A DNA stretch of 64,000 bases from Squalus acanthias. Taxonomy: Eukaryota. Numbering within the stretch: the stretch's first letter is position 1; every line of letters begins with the position of its first letter. The notes under the pieces were generated by a model. The model saw only the letters and a program-made list of their open reading frames with translations. It ran no database searches and was not told the origin of the DNA. Below, piece after piece: positions 24,861 to 38,619 of the stretch. The stretch is from NCBI GenBank assembly GCA_030390025.1, contig CM059432.1:37884001-37948000 (forward strand), written 5' to 3'. The position numbers were made by a program, and so were the translations under genes.

Positions 24861-26600
24861 GGGGGAATTTTTCAGGGGGTCAGCGGGTGTGTTTAGTGGA
24901 AAATGTTTTTTTGACAGCGGGTAGGGAACCCGCTGTCAACCCACCACCACGCTAGTTTCCCAGATGTTGGGTCTGTCATCAATGAACAGATCCAACACCA
25001 AGCGGGGGGAGGGGGCAATTTAGATGATTAAGAGCTTCTGATCACTTAAAAACTATTTTGAGCTCACCTTTAAATTTTACGAGGTCGCCCACGGGTTCCC
25101 CGCTGCTCGGGGATTACATCAGGTAAGCAGGTCGGGAGTTGTCACCATGAGATAATTTCTTTACTTGAAAGCTGCAAATGTGCTATAAAAGCTCCCATCT
25201 CACAGCTGTTCACTTTCCAAGCTCAGAAGCTGTTGCTTACTGCATTTGGAAGACAGATTGAGCTTTATGCAGGTTGCAAGTATTTGGAGCAAACTCTCTA
25301 TCCAGTGTCACCTCATTGGAACAACCCCTCTCACCATTGACAGATCGCTTCTGTCATCTCAACTTCACCTACCATCTATTCCATCAGCATCAGTGCCCTT
25401 GAAACTATCTCACCTCGGTCCTCAAAATCCCACCATGATCAGCCCCAACACCAGCAGCAACACCACCACCCTTCTCCGCAATCAACTGATGCTGCACAGG
25501 ACAAAGGGCATCAGCACCTGACCACACAGCTGTTCATGTGGCCAGGGATGGCCTCACCATGGCCAGATTTACTTCACTTGACGCTGTACACCCTGGTTGC
25601 CACGTGATGCGCCAGGTTGGCACCACCCCACATCAGCACCATAAAGCATCCCTACAATGCTCAAGCCATTCCTTCCACACTCATCGCCATTGCGGGGGGT
25701 ACCATTATGTCTCACCATTCACTGCAACTCACTAAGCCACTTCCAAAGGTGCACACAAATCTGTCCAAGAACGCAAAGTGCTGAAAATAAAGATTTCAAT
25801 GTTTGACAACACATTAACAGAAACTTCACATGAACATTGGCTAAAAGAACCCAAGCGCCTACCCTTGTGTTGTTGTTGCTTGTTATGATTGGACTAGGAT
25901 GAGGGCGAGTGTGTGGGGTGGCTAGTGAGGTGGAGAAGTGATAATGTAGATAGAGAGGGATGGGTGGAGGTGCAAGGTAAGTTGGTGTGAGTAAGGATTT
26001 GCAGGAGTAGGGTAGGGAAGGCAGAGTGATGGGGAGGTGATGAGTGGCACAGCAGGACAAGGTTGAGTGTGGCTTTGCAGTAAAGTTTCGTGATCTACTG
26101 AGATCATTGAAAGGTTTGCGCCACTGCAGCCTGGTCCTGCTAACGACATCTCTGCTTGTGTTCTCCTGTGCAATACGCAACCAGGCTGTGTTGATCTCCT
26201 GGGGAGGTCTCATCCGCCCATTGGAAGGGAAGAGAACCTCCCTGCGTGCTGTGACTCCCTCCATATGCATATGGAGGGAGTCATGGGAGAGCCTGGGTGC
26301 AGCCGTGCACCTCTGTGCAGTGCTCGTCAGTGTTTGCATCACCTCAATGCTGTAGAACACTGACCAGCACAAATGTCAAAATAAATTTGCGCATGGTCCC
26401 TTTAAGGAAACTGGCTGATGACGCATCATCAAGTGACGTCATCAGACCCACTTCCTTCAATTGGCCGGGAAACGCGCTGGGCGGGCATAACAAGCCCAAT
26501 CAGCGTACAATCACTTTGAACAATGGGCTGGAGCCAGCAGCGGGGTCGCAACCCGCCACCGGTCGCACCGGACCCGCTGAGGTAGGGGAAATCGCGGCCA
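24861..26600. mobile_element. Internally deleted Harbinger derivative retaining a Myb/SANT-like exon (~26080-26310, - strand)
   Basis: AAPRLSHDSL...RREVLFP...AWLRIA...RTRLQWRKPFNDL in ORF 25719..26372. Degenerate termini gggggaattttt / ggaaatcgcggcc. Confidence 0.7.
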
Positions 26601-29234
26601 CAGAATTAGTTGGTGACCTTGTTAAGGAATAGAAGTGTGACAGATGGGTGAGTTTGTCCCTCTCCCCCTTCTATTGATATATCAACTTTACAATGTTACA
26701 AGGGTAGGTCTCTCTCAGATTTGACCCTGGTGGTGGTTTTCTGACAGACTAAATTGTCCAGAAAACAGCTCGGAGAAGTGAACTTTCAAACAAACTATAC
26801 TACGGATAATCAATTATTATTGTTCCTTTGACATATCACAATGTTTATTATATGCAGTAACTTATTAAATTGTGATCGTAGATGCTGTGAGTAAAAATGT
26901 CCCAATGAAGGTTATTATTACTAATGAAACAAATTAACTGATTTTTATGGGCCATCTATGGATGGCACTGATGACCACATTGGGAACTTCCATTTGAGAG
27001 GAAATGAAGTAACTTCTATGTATTTCTACGAAGGGATATGGAAACAGGGTGGGTAAATATGATTTGAACTATTGGTTCATGTGGAGGGCAAAATCCACGT
27101 GGACTGGTTGAGCCGAATGGCCTACTTCCGTGTGGTAACTTCTAAACAAAGTGGTTCCGTTGGCAATTAAACATTTTGACATTAAACAAATTGCTTCCCT
27201 CCCACAGCACAACCATGTAAAAATCAGTATTTCGGCCCAGAAAAGTTTTGAAGAATATAACTAAGCTACCAACATCAATGAATTGACTCACAAATGCACA
27301 GTTAATCTAATTTTTGACATGCAAAGTGCTTCCAAAATATAATCAGAGTATGAAAAGATGTAATGTAATTCTCTGCTAATCACTGCTTATTAACAGGTTA
27401 AGTACTAAATTCATCAAATCACTGAGCATTCATTTTAGAAACAGGTCATTGCACTGCAGCCAATGAAATGAGCTTCCAAAGTTACCAGACATTAATCAGG
27501 ACTGATAGATTAAATATTTTTCAACTAAGACCTGTCAGTGTTATTTTTCCTCTAATTTATACTATTTCCCAATTTTGGGTACCCTTCAATTCATTCAAAA
27601 CTCAAGTAAACAGCAAGACTCAGTGGACTGAGGGCTGATTCTGAATCAGGACCATACTAGATAATTGAAGGAACATTTAAATAACTTCAAAACAAGACTG
27701 AACGGATGACCTAATTGAGCTTAAACAAGAGGCTGGCTATTGTAGATTGTAGGCCTATATTTTCATTTTATTTTAAACCTAAAAAGCAGGATATGAAATG
27801 GTGTAATTTAAAGAAATCATTACAAGTCACTGGCCAAATACTCTGTCATTAGATTCTGCGATGGATAGACATTAAACAGTTACTGCCTGCTGTCACCAGC
27901 TGATGTGCAATGTCTGGAAAAGGTTTCCGGTAGCCATGACACTGAAGTACCTGCACCATAAGCGTACTGCTAGACAGACACAGAATCAACTTGATAAGTG
28001 ATGATGGAAACAGGTTTTAGAAATCAAACAAAAAAAATGATGGACAGGAAGCAAGGTACACACAGAAATGGTGAAGTCGCTGTAAATGACAAAAAAAAGG
28101 AAGAGAAAAAAAAAAGAAACTTGCATTTATAAAGTACCTTTCACATCTACAAAACAACCCGAGCTGAACCAACGGAGGAGAGCTGTTGAAGGAAGATGGT
28201 ATGGTTGACCATGTCAAAGGCTGCAGAGAGGTCGAGGAAGGCTAGTGCACCATTGCTCAGTCACCAGAGGTGACCTCGACAAGGTCTGCTTCAGGGCTGG
28301 AGTGGGAACCTGATTGGGGAAATTCAAGCAGAGAGATGGGCACAGATCTCAGACACAACAACACGTTCAGGGAGGCAGGAGAGGGGACGCTGAGGCTGGG
28401 GGTCGTGGCAGAAATTTCAAAAGTGTCTGAGGAGAGCGAGTGATTACAATGTCAGATTGGGCCTCACACCACAGCCGGAAATTGTGCTTAAAAAAATATG
28501 AAAATTTTCGTGGATGAGAACGTGACAACATTTGCACCTGCCCCATTTTTTTCCCATTCTATTCTTCCACTATGTTATAGATAAAGTAACAAGCTACAGA
28601 AAGCATGAGAGAGTTAGGAAACAGTTATGTTTAATATGGGCCACACATTTTTATTTGTGCCTAATTTGTCTCAAATGCCACAACGTTTTTGGAGAACAGA
28701 TAATTTTCCAACCCCTCGCCCCTTGACGGCTCAGTGGGTACATAAACTCTCCAGTATTGTAATGAGCCATACAGACCAGGAGGGCCAAGGTTCAATGCCT
28801 TCTGTAAACTGAGTTCGCTGGTCTGTGCTTGGACAACAAGCAAGTCACTACAAAATCACCTCAAGATCAGGGTCGGAAAAGGGGGCGGGGGGGGCAAGAT
28901 GGGAAGGTAGTCTTTGTTCGTGACTGCTAGCTGGTGATCTGTGTTGGAAAGAGTGCATGTTTTCAGTGAGGCCTGGATGGTTCTTGGCTTTGATGCCCCA
29001 CCCCATTATGGCAAATAGCCTACCACTCACTGTGCAGGCTCACATGAAAAATGGCCACTTGGGCAAGTTATCAGAGGACTGTCACTGGCCATGGAACAGC
29101 ACCCTGCAGGAGTTGAATGCAAGGGGAAGAAAAAAAAAGAGAACCTGAAGATATTCAATTTCTTGAAATCTGAAAAATTTACTGGCGTAAAATTGTACAC
29201 AAACTGGGTGCTTTTTGTAGTCAATGATATTTAC

Positions 29235-29270
29235 CTGTACAAGTAGTTTAGATACTGCTGCTCAAGCTCA
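29235..29270 (-). CDS. TMEM241: TMEM241 exon (36 nt; [S]ELEQQYLNYLY[S])
   Basis: Acceptor ttttttctctctttcAG, donor GTaaat; phase 2-2. QQYLNY motif as in human DIDQQYLNYIFS (recalled). Confidence 0.93.
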
Positions 29271-30054
29271 CTGAAAGAGAGAAAAAAAATGTCAGTATCT
29301 TTCCACTGTTAAATCCTTCATTAGCAATGGGACTTTAGCATTAAAAAAGATGTATAATCTTTGTTTCTGGAATATAATGAAGTGAGTAATGTTGCTTAGC
29401 TCCAATTAGAGTCTTTCATTTCATAACTCTGACTAGGTAACATTCCTCTGGGGGAAGAGAGCTGGGTTTGTTGATGTGATGTCACAGTAATGGACAAACA
29501 TCCTTCAACAAATAGGTCAATAAAAAAGTATTGTGTAGTTACGATGAAGGAAGGAAAACTTAATATAATGCATAACTTTACTAGAAAATCGTAAAACATT
29601 TGGATTTGGTGCCACAAAACCTGGTTAAGCATTCAGTTTTTCCACTATTAAAACCTTTGAAGAGGTGCCATGGATTGGAAAGCAGAGATCTGCGCCCCCG
29701 CTACATGGAGTGCCTATTTTTAACCACACACGATCAACTTGTCATGGCCAGTTAGGATTGGCACTGATGGAAACCTAGCTGTCGCTGCTCACCCTGCCCC
29801 TTTAGCCACAGAAGCCCAAGATCTGACACATGTGGGGAGTTACAGGAAAACCAGGTTGCATACCCTGCACTGGAGAGCAACTGTCCCTCAAAATAATTTT
29901 TTTCTGGAGAGGACTTTATTGACCGCAGCATGAGCTGGCTTTTTAAATAACACATGTTTCTCACTTCAATTTGCTCCTTTCCTCTCCCACTGGTGTTGAT
30001 TCCTTGCTGGAGTACATTTCAAGAATGCCAGTTCCCTTCTGGTGCTTTAGTTGA

Positions 30055-31681
30055 GTCATAGAGTTATACAGCACAGAAAGAGGCCCTTCGGCCCATCGTG
30101 TCCGCGCCGGCCATCAAGCCCTGTCTATTCTAATTCCATTTTCCAGCACTTGGTCCGTAGCCTTGTAAGCTATGCTGTGTAAAGTGCTCATCTACATGCT
30201 TCTTGAATGTTGAGGGTTCCTGCCTCTACCACCCTTTCAGGCAGTGAGTTCCAGATTCCAACCACCCTCTGGGTGAAAAAGTTTTTCCTCAAATCCCATC
30301 TAAACCTCCTGCCCCTTACCTTGAAACTATGCCCCCTGGTTATTGACCCCTTCACTAAGGGGAAAAGTTCCTTTCTATCTACCCTATCTATGCCCCTCAT
30401 AATTTTGTACACCTCAATCAATTCCCCCCTCAGCCTTCTCTGCTCTAAGGAAAACTACCCCAGCCTGTCCAGTCTCTCTTCATAGCTGAAACGCTCCAGC
30501 CCAGGTAACATCCTGGTGAATCTCCTCTGCACCCTCTCCAATGCAATCACATCCCTCCTATAGTGTGGTGACCAGAACTGCACACAGTATTCCAGCTGTG
30601 GCCTAACTAACGTTTTGTACAGCTCCATCATAACCTCCCTGCTCTTATATTCTATGCCTCGACTAATGAAGGCAAGTATCCCATATGCCTTTTTAAACAC
30701 CTTATCTACCTGTCCTGCTGCCTTCAGGGATCTATGTACATGCACACCAAGGTCCCTCTGATCCTCTGTCCTTCCTAGGATCCTACCATTCATTGTGTAT
30801 TCCCTTGCCTTGTTTGTCCTCCCAAAATGCATCACCTCACACTTTTCAGGGTTAAATTCCATTTGCCACTGTTCTGCCCATCTAACATCCCGTCTATATC
30901 GTCCTGTAGCCTGAGACTTCCCCCCTCGCTATTTACCACTCCACCAATTTTCATGTAATCTGCAAACTTACTGATCATACCTCCCACATTCATATCTAAA
31001 TCATTAATGTACACTACAAACAGCAAAGGACCCAGCACCGATCCCTGCGGTATACCACTGGACACAGGTTTCCAGTCACAAAAACAACCTTCGACCATCA
31101 CCCTCTGCCTCCTGCCACTAAGCCAATTTTGGATCCAATGTGCCAAATTGCCCTGGATCCCATGGGCTCTTACCTTCTTGACCAGTCTCCCATGTGGGAC
31201 TTTGTCAAATCCATGTAGACCACATCAACTGCACTACCCTCATCCACACACCAAGTCACCCCCTTGAAAAATTCAATCAAATTGGTCAGACATGATCTCC
31301 CCCTGACAAAGTCATGCTGACTATCCCTGATTAATCCTTGCCTCTCCAAGTGGAGACTAATTCTGTCCCTCAGAATTTTTTCCAATAATTTCCCTACCAC
31401 TGATGTTAGGCTCACCGGCCTGTAATTCTCTGGTTTATCCCTACTACCCTTCTTGAACAATGGTACTACGTTAGCTGTTCTCCAGTCCTCTGGCACCTTC
31501 CCTGTGGCCAGAGAGGTTCTGAAAATTTGTGTCAGAGCCCCTGCAATCTCCTCCCTTGCCTCACACAGCAGCCTGGGATACATCCAGTCAGGGCCTGGGG
31601 ATTTATCCACTTTTAAGCCCGCTAAAACCGCTAGTACCTCCTCCCTCTCAATACTAATTTGTTCAAGTATATCACAATCCT
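30055..31681 (-). mobile_element. 5'-truncated CR1 LINE
   Basis: [29 protein letters not shown] and LEYCVQFWSP motifs in frameshifted ORFs. Confidence 0.95.
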
Positions 31682-32396
31682 GAATGCGACTTGGTGCGAG
31701 TTAGGATTCAGGCAGCAGAGTTTTGGATGAGCTCAAGGTTACTGAGGGTGCAAGGTGGGAGGCAGGTCAGGAGTCTAGAGTTATCAAAGGCACGGATGAG
31801 GGTTTCAGCAGTAGATGAGCTGAGGCAGGGGCGGAGACGGGCGCTGTTACGGAGGTAGAAGTCTTAGTGATGGAGTGGATAGAGGGGGTCAGAAGCTCAC
31901 CTAGTGAATTTATATAGGCTGAATGTCCTTCCTGTTATATTTTGTGATCTAGCATTGGCATAGTAGATTGAATAGTCTCCAATCCTCTAAATACTATGAT
32001 TTACTGAAAATGACAGTATCTTACCGAATGAAAACACAATGAGATTAAATAACTGCACCAGAGGTCTACAGTGAACTGTATTTGTTACCATTTGACAAAT
32101 ATCTTGACGCTTACGATTGAAGCATTCTTATCGCTGACAAAATTCTTTTTGCCTGAACAAAAATTGCACTTAAAAATAATTCATTGTTTGAAATGATTTA
32201 AGACATCTCAACATGATAAGGAGCCATATAAATGCAAGTACATCATTATTAAGTAAATAGAATCTGAAGGGATGCAATCATTATCTGTTCTATCCAGTAC
32301 GATTCCCCTTATATACCAGGGTTCTGAATGCTACTGTATCAGGGGGTAAAAACGGAAATGTTTAGCTGATCTGTGTGCCATAGTCTGTATAACTAC

Positions 32397-32442
32397 CTTA
32401 ATGAACTAGATTTTGGTAACTTCTGAAATACTTTGTATCCAC
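32397..32442 (-). CDS. TMEM241: TMEM241 exon (46 nt; [G]GYKVFQKLPKSSSL[S])
   Basis: Acceptor ttctctttgtgttgcAG, donor GTagtt; phase 1-2. Only one open frame. Matches human GAYKILQKSQKPSALS (recalled). Confidence 0.9.
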
Positions 32443-32789
32443 CTGCAACACAAAGAGAACATTGACAGTAAACTGCACTCTTATAAATATCACATTATTT
32501 CATTGAAGAATTGAAACTTGAGTTTTGCTAGTAAATAAAACTTTACCTGCTGTGTACTTATTACATTATGAATAGTAGCCAGACAAAAGTACTCAGTGCA
32601 GTAAATGCAAGTGAAGAATTAGTACATCCATGGTATCAATTTTAACAAATTGCTGACATTAAAGAGCAAGAAACCGTTAACTATTGTTATTTCAAACACA
32701 ACATGCATATGGTGCCCACAGATGAACTTTCAGTTAAATGTATACCTGATCCAAACATACCAGGCACAAATAATTTACAAGCAGATAAT

Positions 32790-33035
32790 CTTCTGAAATA
32801 CTGTGTAGTATTGAGGGAGTGCTGCATCATCAGAGATGCTGGCCTTCAGGTAAATGATAAAGGATTCTATGACACAATTTGAAGAAAAGCAGTGTTTTCC
32901 TCGAGATCCTGGCCAACATTTTGCCTCATCACCCGTGATAGATACTGCACTTAAAAAGCAATTTGTTGTATGCAAAGCGCTTTGAGACATTTCTGAGAGA
33001 TGGGATTAGGTGCTTTATAAATGCAAGTCTATCCT
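32790..33035 (+). mobile_element. Deleted Deu-domain SINE fragment
   Basis: gagggagtgctgca... block and the tail aaagcgctttgagacat...tgctttataaatgcaagtc are shared with 58064-58525. Confidence 0.6.
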
Positions 33036-34134
33036 TTTACATAAAATCTCTTGACACCTATTATAGACATGATCCAAACACCACACTTAAGCTAGTGTTA
33101 CAAACCAAGATCTTGGCTCCCGAGATGGTCAATGTGTAAATGCATTGCTGATGTGGCACTGACCTAGACTAGATAGATTCCAGGTTTGATCCCGGGTCTG
33201 CAAGCAGCAGAAGGGGGCTGCAACTGTCTGTGTTCCACCAGGATTTGGAAAGGGGGTAAATTTGCTATGGTCCCACACCTGATCAATATTCAGCACCTCC
33301 TGCTGGATGTGTGGCTCTGGAAATCAGGTGAAGTCAGGATTGGGTATACCGGTGACCCTAAAGATGACAAGCCTGTCGACGCTCACCATTTAGGCTCACA
33401 CATGAAGAATGGTTATTTGGATGGGGCAATGGAGGGCTGAGAATGACCATAGAACCAGACCTTAACAAAAGCCACTGCTTTCAGGTGAAGAGGACAGAAA
33501 TGTAGAGAGCAGCATATAAATTCGGGGTCTGGTGAGAGAGACACACGCACTAGGCAGGTTATACTGTCTGCGGGAGTGGGACCCAGTTTCACCCGAGTTT
33601 CAAAACATTGCAGAACATAAATCAATTGCTTCAGGAGTTAAGCGGTTACGTCAGGCGCTAGGCTAGGGTCATTATTATTTACAATGAAAATAGAAAATGC
33701 TGGAAATACACAGCTGCCCAGTCAGGATCTGTAAAACAAACCTCTTCTGCTGAAGGGTATACAACCAAAACATTAACTTGTCTTTTCTCTTTACAGATAC
33801 TATTTCCGGCATTTGCAGTCTATTTACAATGTACATAAATTATTTCAAAATCAGGACAGAAATAAAGCAGCCTAAATTTGCTAACCAGGACAGAAGTGGC
33901 GGAGGTTTTGCAAAGAATAGGGAAGAAAGTGACCAAATATAGCGGATCTGCATAGATTGGCGGACTGGGCTGACAAGTGGCAAATATTGTTGAATATGGA
34001 TAAATTCAACGCGATGAAACCGAAGGAAAATAGGTAGTGGGAATATAAGATGAAAAGTTGTAGATTGGAGAACATAACAGGAGAGGGTTGAGGATATTGA
34101 TGGTCAGTTGGTTTAAACTATTAACACAGAGTGA

Positions 34135-34603
34135 ATCATCGAATCATAGAAAATTACGGCACGGAAGGAGGCCATACGGCCCATTGTGACTGTGCCGGCC
34201 GAAAAAGAGCTATTCAAACTAATCCCACTTTCCAGTTCTTGGTCCGCAGCCCTGTAGGTTACGGCACTTCAAGTGCACATCCAAGTACTTTTTAAATGTG
34301 ATGAGGGTTTCTGCCTCTACCACCCTTTCAGGCAGTGAGTTCCAGACCCCCACAACCCTCTGGGTGAAAAAAGTTTTCTTCAACTTCCCCCTAATCCTTC
34401 TACCAATTACTTTAAATCTATGCCGCCTGGTTATTGAACTCTCTGCTAAGGGAAATAGTTCCTTCCTGTCCACTCTATCTAGGCCCCTCAATTTTATACA
34501 CCTCAATCAAGTCTCCCCTCAGCCTCCTCTGTTCCAAAGAAAACAACCCCAGCCTATTCAATCTTTCCTCATAGCTAAAATTCTCCAATCCTGGCAACAT
34601 CCT
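34135..34603 (-). mobile_element. CR1 LINE 3' end
   Basis: Same subfamily as 22715-23290 (FFTQRVVGVWNSLPERVVEA). Confidence 0.92.
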
Positions 34604-35005
34604 ATGTCATACAACATGCTGTGCATTGGCTCCTAGGTCACTCTGTTGGCTTTACCAATTATATGGAGTTAGCAAAGTTTTACAGCAAAATTAAGCCCTT
34701 TTTTTTACCTGAAGGGAATTACTCCTCTGGGCACACTTCCACAATCATTGCATAGCTTCCAAGTTCCAGGTCCTTATCCAAGTGGCCATTCTTCATTTAC
34801 GAGTTGAGAAAGCAGTCCATTCAGCAGTGACAATCACAACCAAGCCCGATTTTGTCACCCAATATCCACGATCCAACAGGTGTCACTGGACACTGATCAA
34901 GAGTGGGGACACTGATCAAGAGTGGGAACACTTGCTGATTTTTCCCCTTCCTAGTCCAGAGATACACAGGCCAATTGCAATATCTAAAATGCTGCTCTAG
35001 ACACT

Positions 35006-35755
35006 GGCCCGGATATTGCGGTCAGCGGCGAAGGAACGGCGCTCGCCGCTGACCTTGAAAAAAGCTGCCCGCAAAGATTTAGCGGGCTCTAGAGCGTCGA
35101 TTTGCTCCATTCCAACGTGACTTCGAATTTGGTGTCATCTGTGGTGTCTGGCAACAGTGCGGGCAGCAGGCAGGCTGATCAGCCAATCAGACTGAAGAAT
35201 TCTCTCAGACAGCAAAGCAGGAAGTAAAAAGCGGGTTTTATAATTCACATTTTAACCTACAGAAAGTGAAATAAAGATTGGGATATACACATGGGATCAT
35301 AATATATCAAACAAACTTAAAAAATAAAACAAATCATTATTATTTTAAAACTAATGAAATTTTTTTAAATGTTCTTCTAAGGGAATGACATTCCACACTT
35401 TTAAAATTAGTTTTCAGGGCCAGAGAGGTTGCTCAGCAGTAATTATGACTTAGCACGCCGTTTAGAAACTCAGTTACTCCTCATTCAACAAGGTTTAACA
35501 TTTTCAATGTTTTGTACAGCGAGAATAGTGCATAAAAAGCTGAAGTTCACATCAATTCACTGATTCTGTGTTGATTGCATCTGCGAAGACTGCAACAGCG
35601 CACCCTGTGGAGGAGCAGGGTATCACTGACAGCAACTTCCAGACTTCCACATTTAACTGCGGATGTGCGGACACCAGAAGTTGCTGTCAGTTTTACAGAG
35701 TAATGACAGTGAGCATCGACAGTTTCGCAGTCATTACAACCGCAAATTCCGGGCC
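35006..35755. mobile_element. Harbinger-type MITE (diverged inverted relative at 47597-48371)
   Basis: TIRs ggcccggatattgcgg...ccgcaaattccgggcc; near-TSD ACT/ATT. Confidence 0.8.
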
Positions 35756-36844
35756 ATTAAGATTTGTGTCAAACTTACACTGTTAGGGGAGTAACTTTGC
35801 TGCAAAAATGGTATTATGATGCAAGCATTAAATAGAAGATCTTGAACCATGACAAACCCTTCCTTAATTATCCAGTATTTTTTAAACAGTCAATGACTGC
35901 CTCCACCCTCCCACCCCACCTGGAAACAACAGCACCTCCCAGCAGCCTCACCACTTGCGTGAAAAGTGTGAATTCTACTATAGCTCCTTTTCTTCCTGCC
36001 ACCCTCACCTACGCCCCCAACATTGTGTTTGAACAGAACTGCGGAAAGAACGATTACATGGCTGCAGTGCAAAGATTTGAAAGTTGTTTTTTTTTTCCTC
36101 TCGAGTTCATAGTGATCCTGATCCAGGCACAATAAGATTTCTTGGCAAACCGGCTGCGCATTGATCAGGTTTCAGTGGGACCCTGTTTGTTAAACAGTTG
36201 GGTGCAGGCCAGTATGCTTTGTTGGTTGGAATTATTACAATACTGATCCTTTATCGAGGTGCTCACATATTAAACCAAAAATATGAGACCTTCAGAAGCA
36301 GCCCTGCATTTAAAGGAACGCTTCAGGCTCAACTTCTATTGAATACATGCCTCAGTTGGCCAGTTTCCAGGACTAATCCACTTTATCTAAAAAGTTCAAG
36401 CTAAATTGTCCCTCCACAGGCAAGTAGCTGCAGAAAACTAAAATATCAATCTAGCCAGGCTTTCAGATTACAATAAAATAGATTTTGCTAGTAATTAAAG
36501 GAGTTATTTTATGAGTTTTAATCGCCACTGAAGTTTTCTTCCCTCCTTTCCCTTCTCTCCTGAAGACGCTAACTCATGACAGTTTACAGCTCTACAAATA
36601 CCAGCTTTACAGAGCTTCACCCCAAGTGACAGCATTAACTGCCAGACAAGAAAAACCAACAGATAATTTGATCATTGCCACCAATGTCCCCTCTAATTTT
36701 TTTTTTTTATACAGAGTGGACCACGAACTCCTTTGAGCGCGACCTTGTCAGGGAGCAAATTTTAAAACAACAACAACGACAGCAACAGCAGCCACTTAAA
36801 AGCATATATACAGTAATGCCATAATGCCACCCCACTGTCTCAAA

Positions 36845-37145
36845 TCATGAGACAATCAGACAAGGTTCTATACAAGTTTAACATAACTTCTCTGCTTTTG
36901 AATTCTATTCCTCTAGAAATGAACCCCAGTGCTTTATTTGCACTTTTATGGCTTTTTTAACCTGCGTTGCTACTTTCAATGATTTGTGAATCTATACCCC
37001 TAGATCCCTTTGCACCTCTACCCCTTTTAGACTCTTATTTTCCAAGGAGTAGGTCGCCTCCTTATTCCTCCTACCAAAATGCACCACCTCACACTTATCT
37101 ATATTGAAATTCATTTGTCATTTACATGCCCATTCTGCAAGTTTG
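36845..37145 (-). mobile_element. CR1 internal fragment
   Basis: Homologous to CR1 RT-region sequence at 43560-43840. Confidence 0.75.
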
Positions 37146-38619
37146 TTTACAGTAGAATTAATTACAAGCTTTTAGTTCTTCATGTACAAACTCTATTTAA
37201 TAAAAAATTACTTGTCAGAAATGACTGGGATATAAAAGAACTGCATAATAATGCATTAACACTTCAGAAACGTCATTCAGTTACACGGTTATGTATTGAC
37301 AAACAATCCAAAAGCCCAAGGTAAGCTGAAAGAGGCATATCTATTCATGCAATTTGTATTAATTTTAAAGTTTTCATTGTATTAGCCCATCCCTCACGTC
37401 ACTATAGCGATGGCTGCACAAGCAGCAGGAGCAGCGGCTTGCCTATGGCACTGATGTGCTGTATGTCCACATAAGTAATTAGAATATTAATCACAATGCA
37501 ACCAGACAACCAACAAATATAAAGTGCTGTAGTTCTTTAGTTCACAGTATTAAAAAGAGTTGAACAAAAACAGGTATCCGTATTTCCAACTTCAATCACT
37601 TCCATTAATAAATGTGGTCTTCTTGAACCAGCACACCCCGGGTAACATGTCAGAAATGCAGCACTTAATCACAAGTGCAGTAAAACACACACAATTTGTG
37701 GCACTGAATTAAAAACAAAAAGCAGGAAAAGCTATGATTTAACAGAAATAAACATTCATCTTTCTTCCAGGACAGGAGAACCAATCAAACTGACTTGGAA
37801 ATGCTTCCTAATATGTTGACGTAAAGATGATGGGTCGGATTTTGCGACCCCCACAGGTGTGTACCCATAGGGGCCGCACAAGTGCCGGTTTAAGGCATGC
37901 GGAGCGCATGCGCTGAAAACCAGCACTTGCGATCTGTCAAGAATTCTCTTGACAGATAATCCACATGCACAAGTGCCTCTGCGGGTAAAGAGCGGAGCTT
38001 TTTGCACAACTTCCGCCCGCTGAATGACTGCCAAATTCTTACGCCTGCAGGAAGACTCCGATCGGAAATTCAGGGCCGTTAATTTACAAATTTCGCTTCT
38101 AATGTTTTTCTCTCAAACATTCTCCACAATATTGATCCCTGCACTTATGAAAAATGTGTTGAATTATTTTAGGTACTTCCCAATTAAATAGAGGGAACAA
38201 ACTTCATTGTACACTCAATCTTTAATCTCCTATTTCAAACATTTATACCAAATCAAAATTGTACATTATCAGGTTAATAGAAGTATTTTCTGGGTCTTTC
38301 TCAATAAACAAATAGTAGTTTCTTCTAAAGTAGCTTTCCGCAATTTTTATACATCATTACATAACTCGTATTTCTATTAACATTCCACTAAACGTTTAAG
38401 AGGAAATCTATATTTACATTATTCCTGGGACTAGTTAGGACTATAGAACGACAGACAAAATAAAATGGTTTGTGTTTTTTTCCCCTTTTTTGGTTCTCTT
38501 CCTAAACGTCTTAATATTTTTTTTTAAAGTCAATAAAAAGTAATATGTAACTCCTACAAATCCTCCCCGCCCTACTCCCCCTCAACAGCATGATTGCATG
38601 TTTGACCTCTTGACCAATC

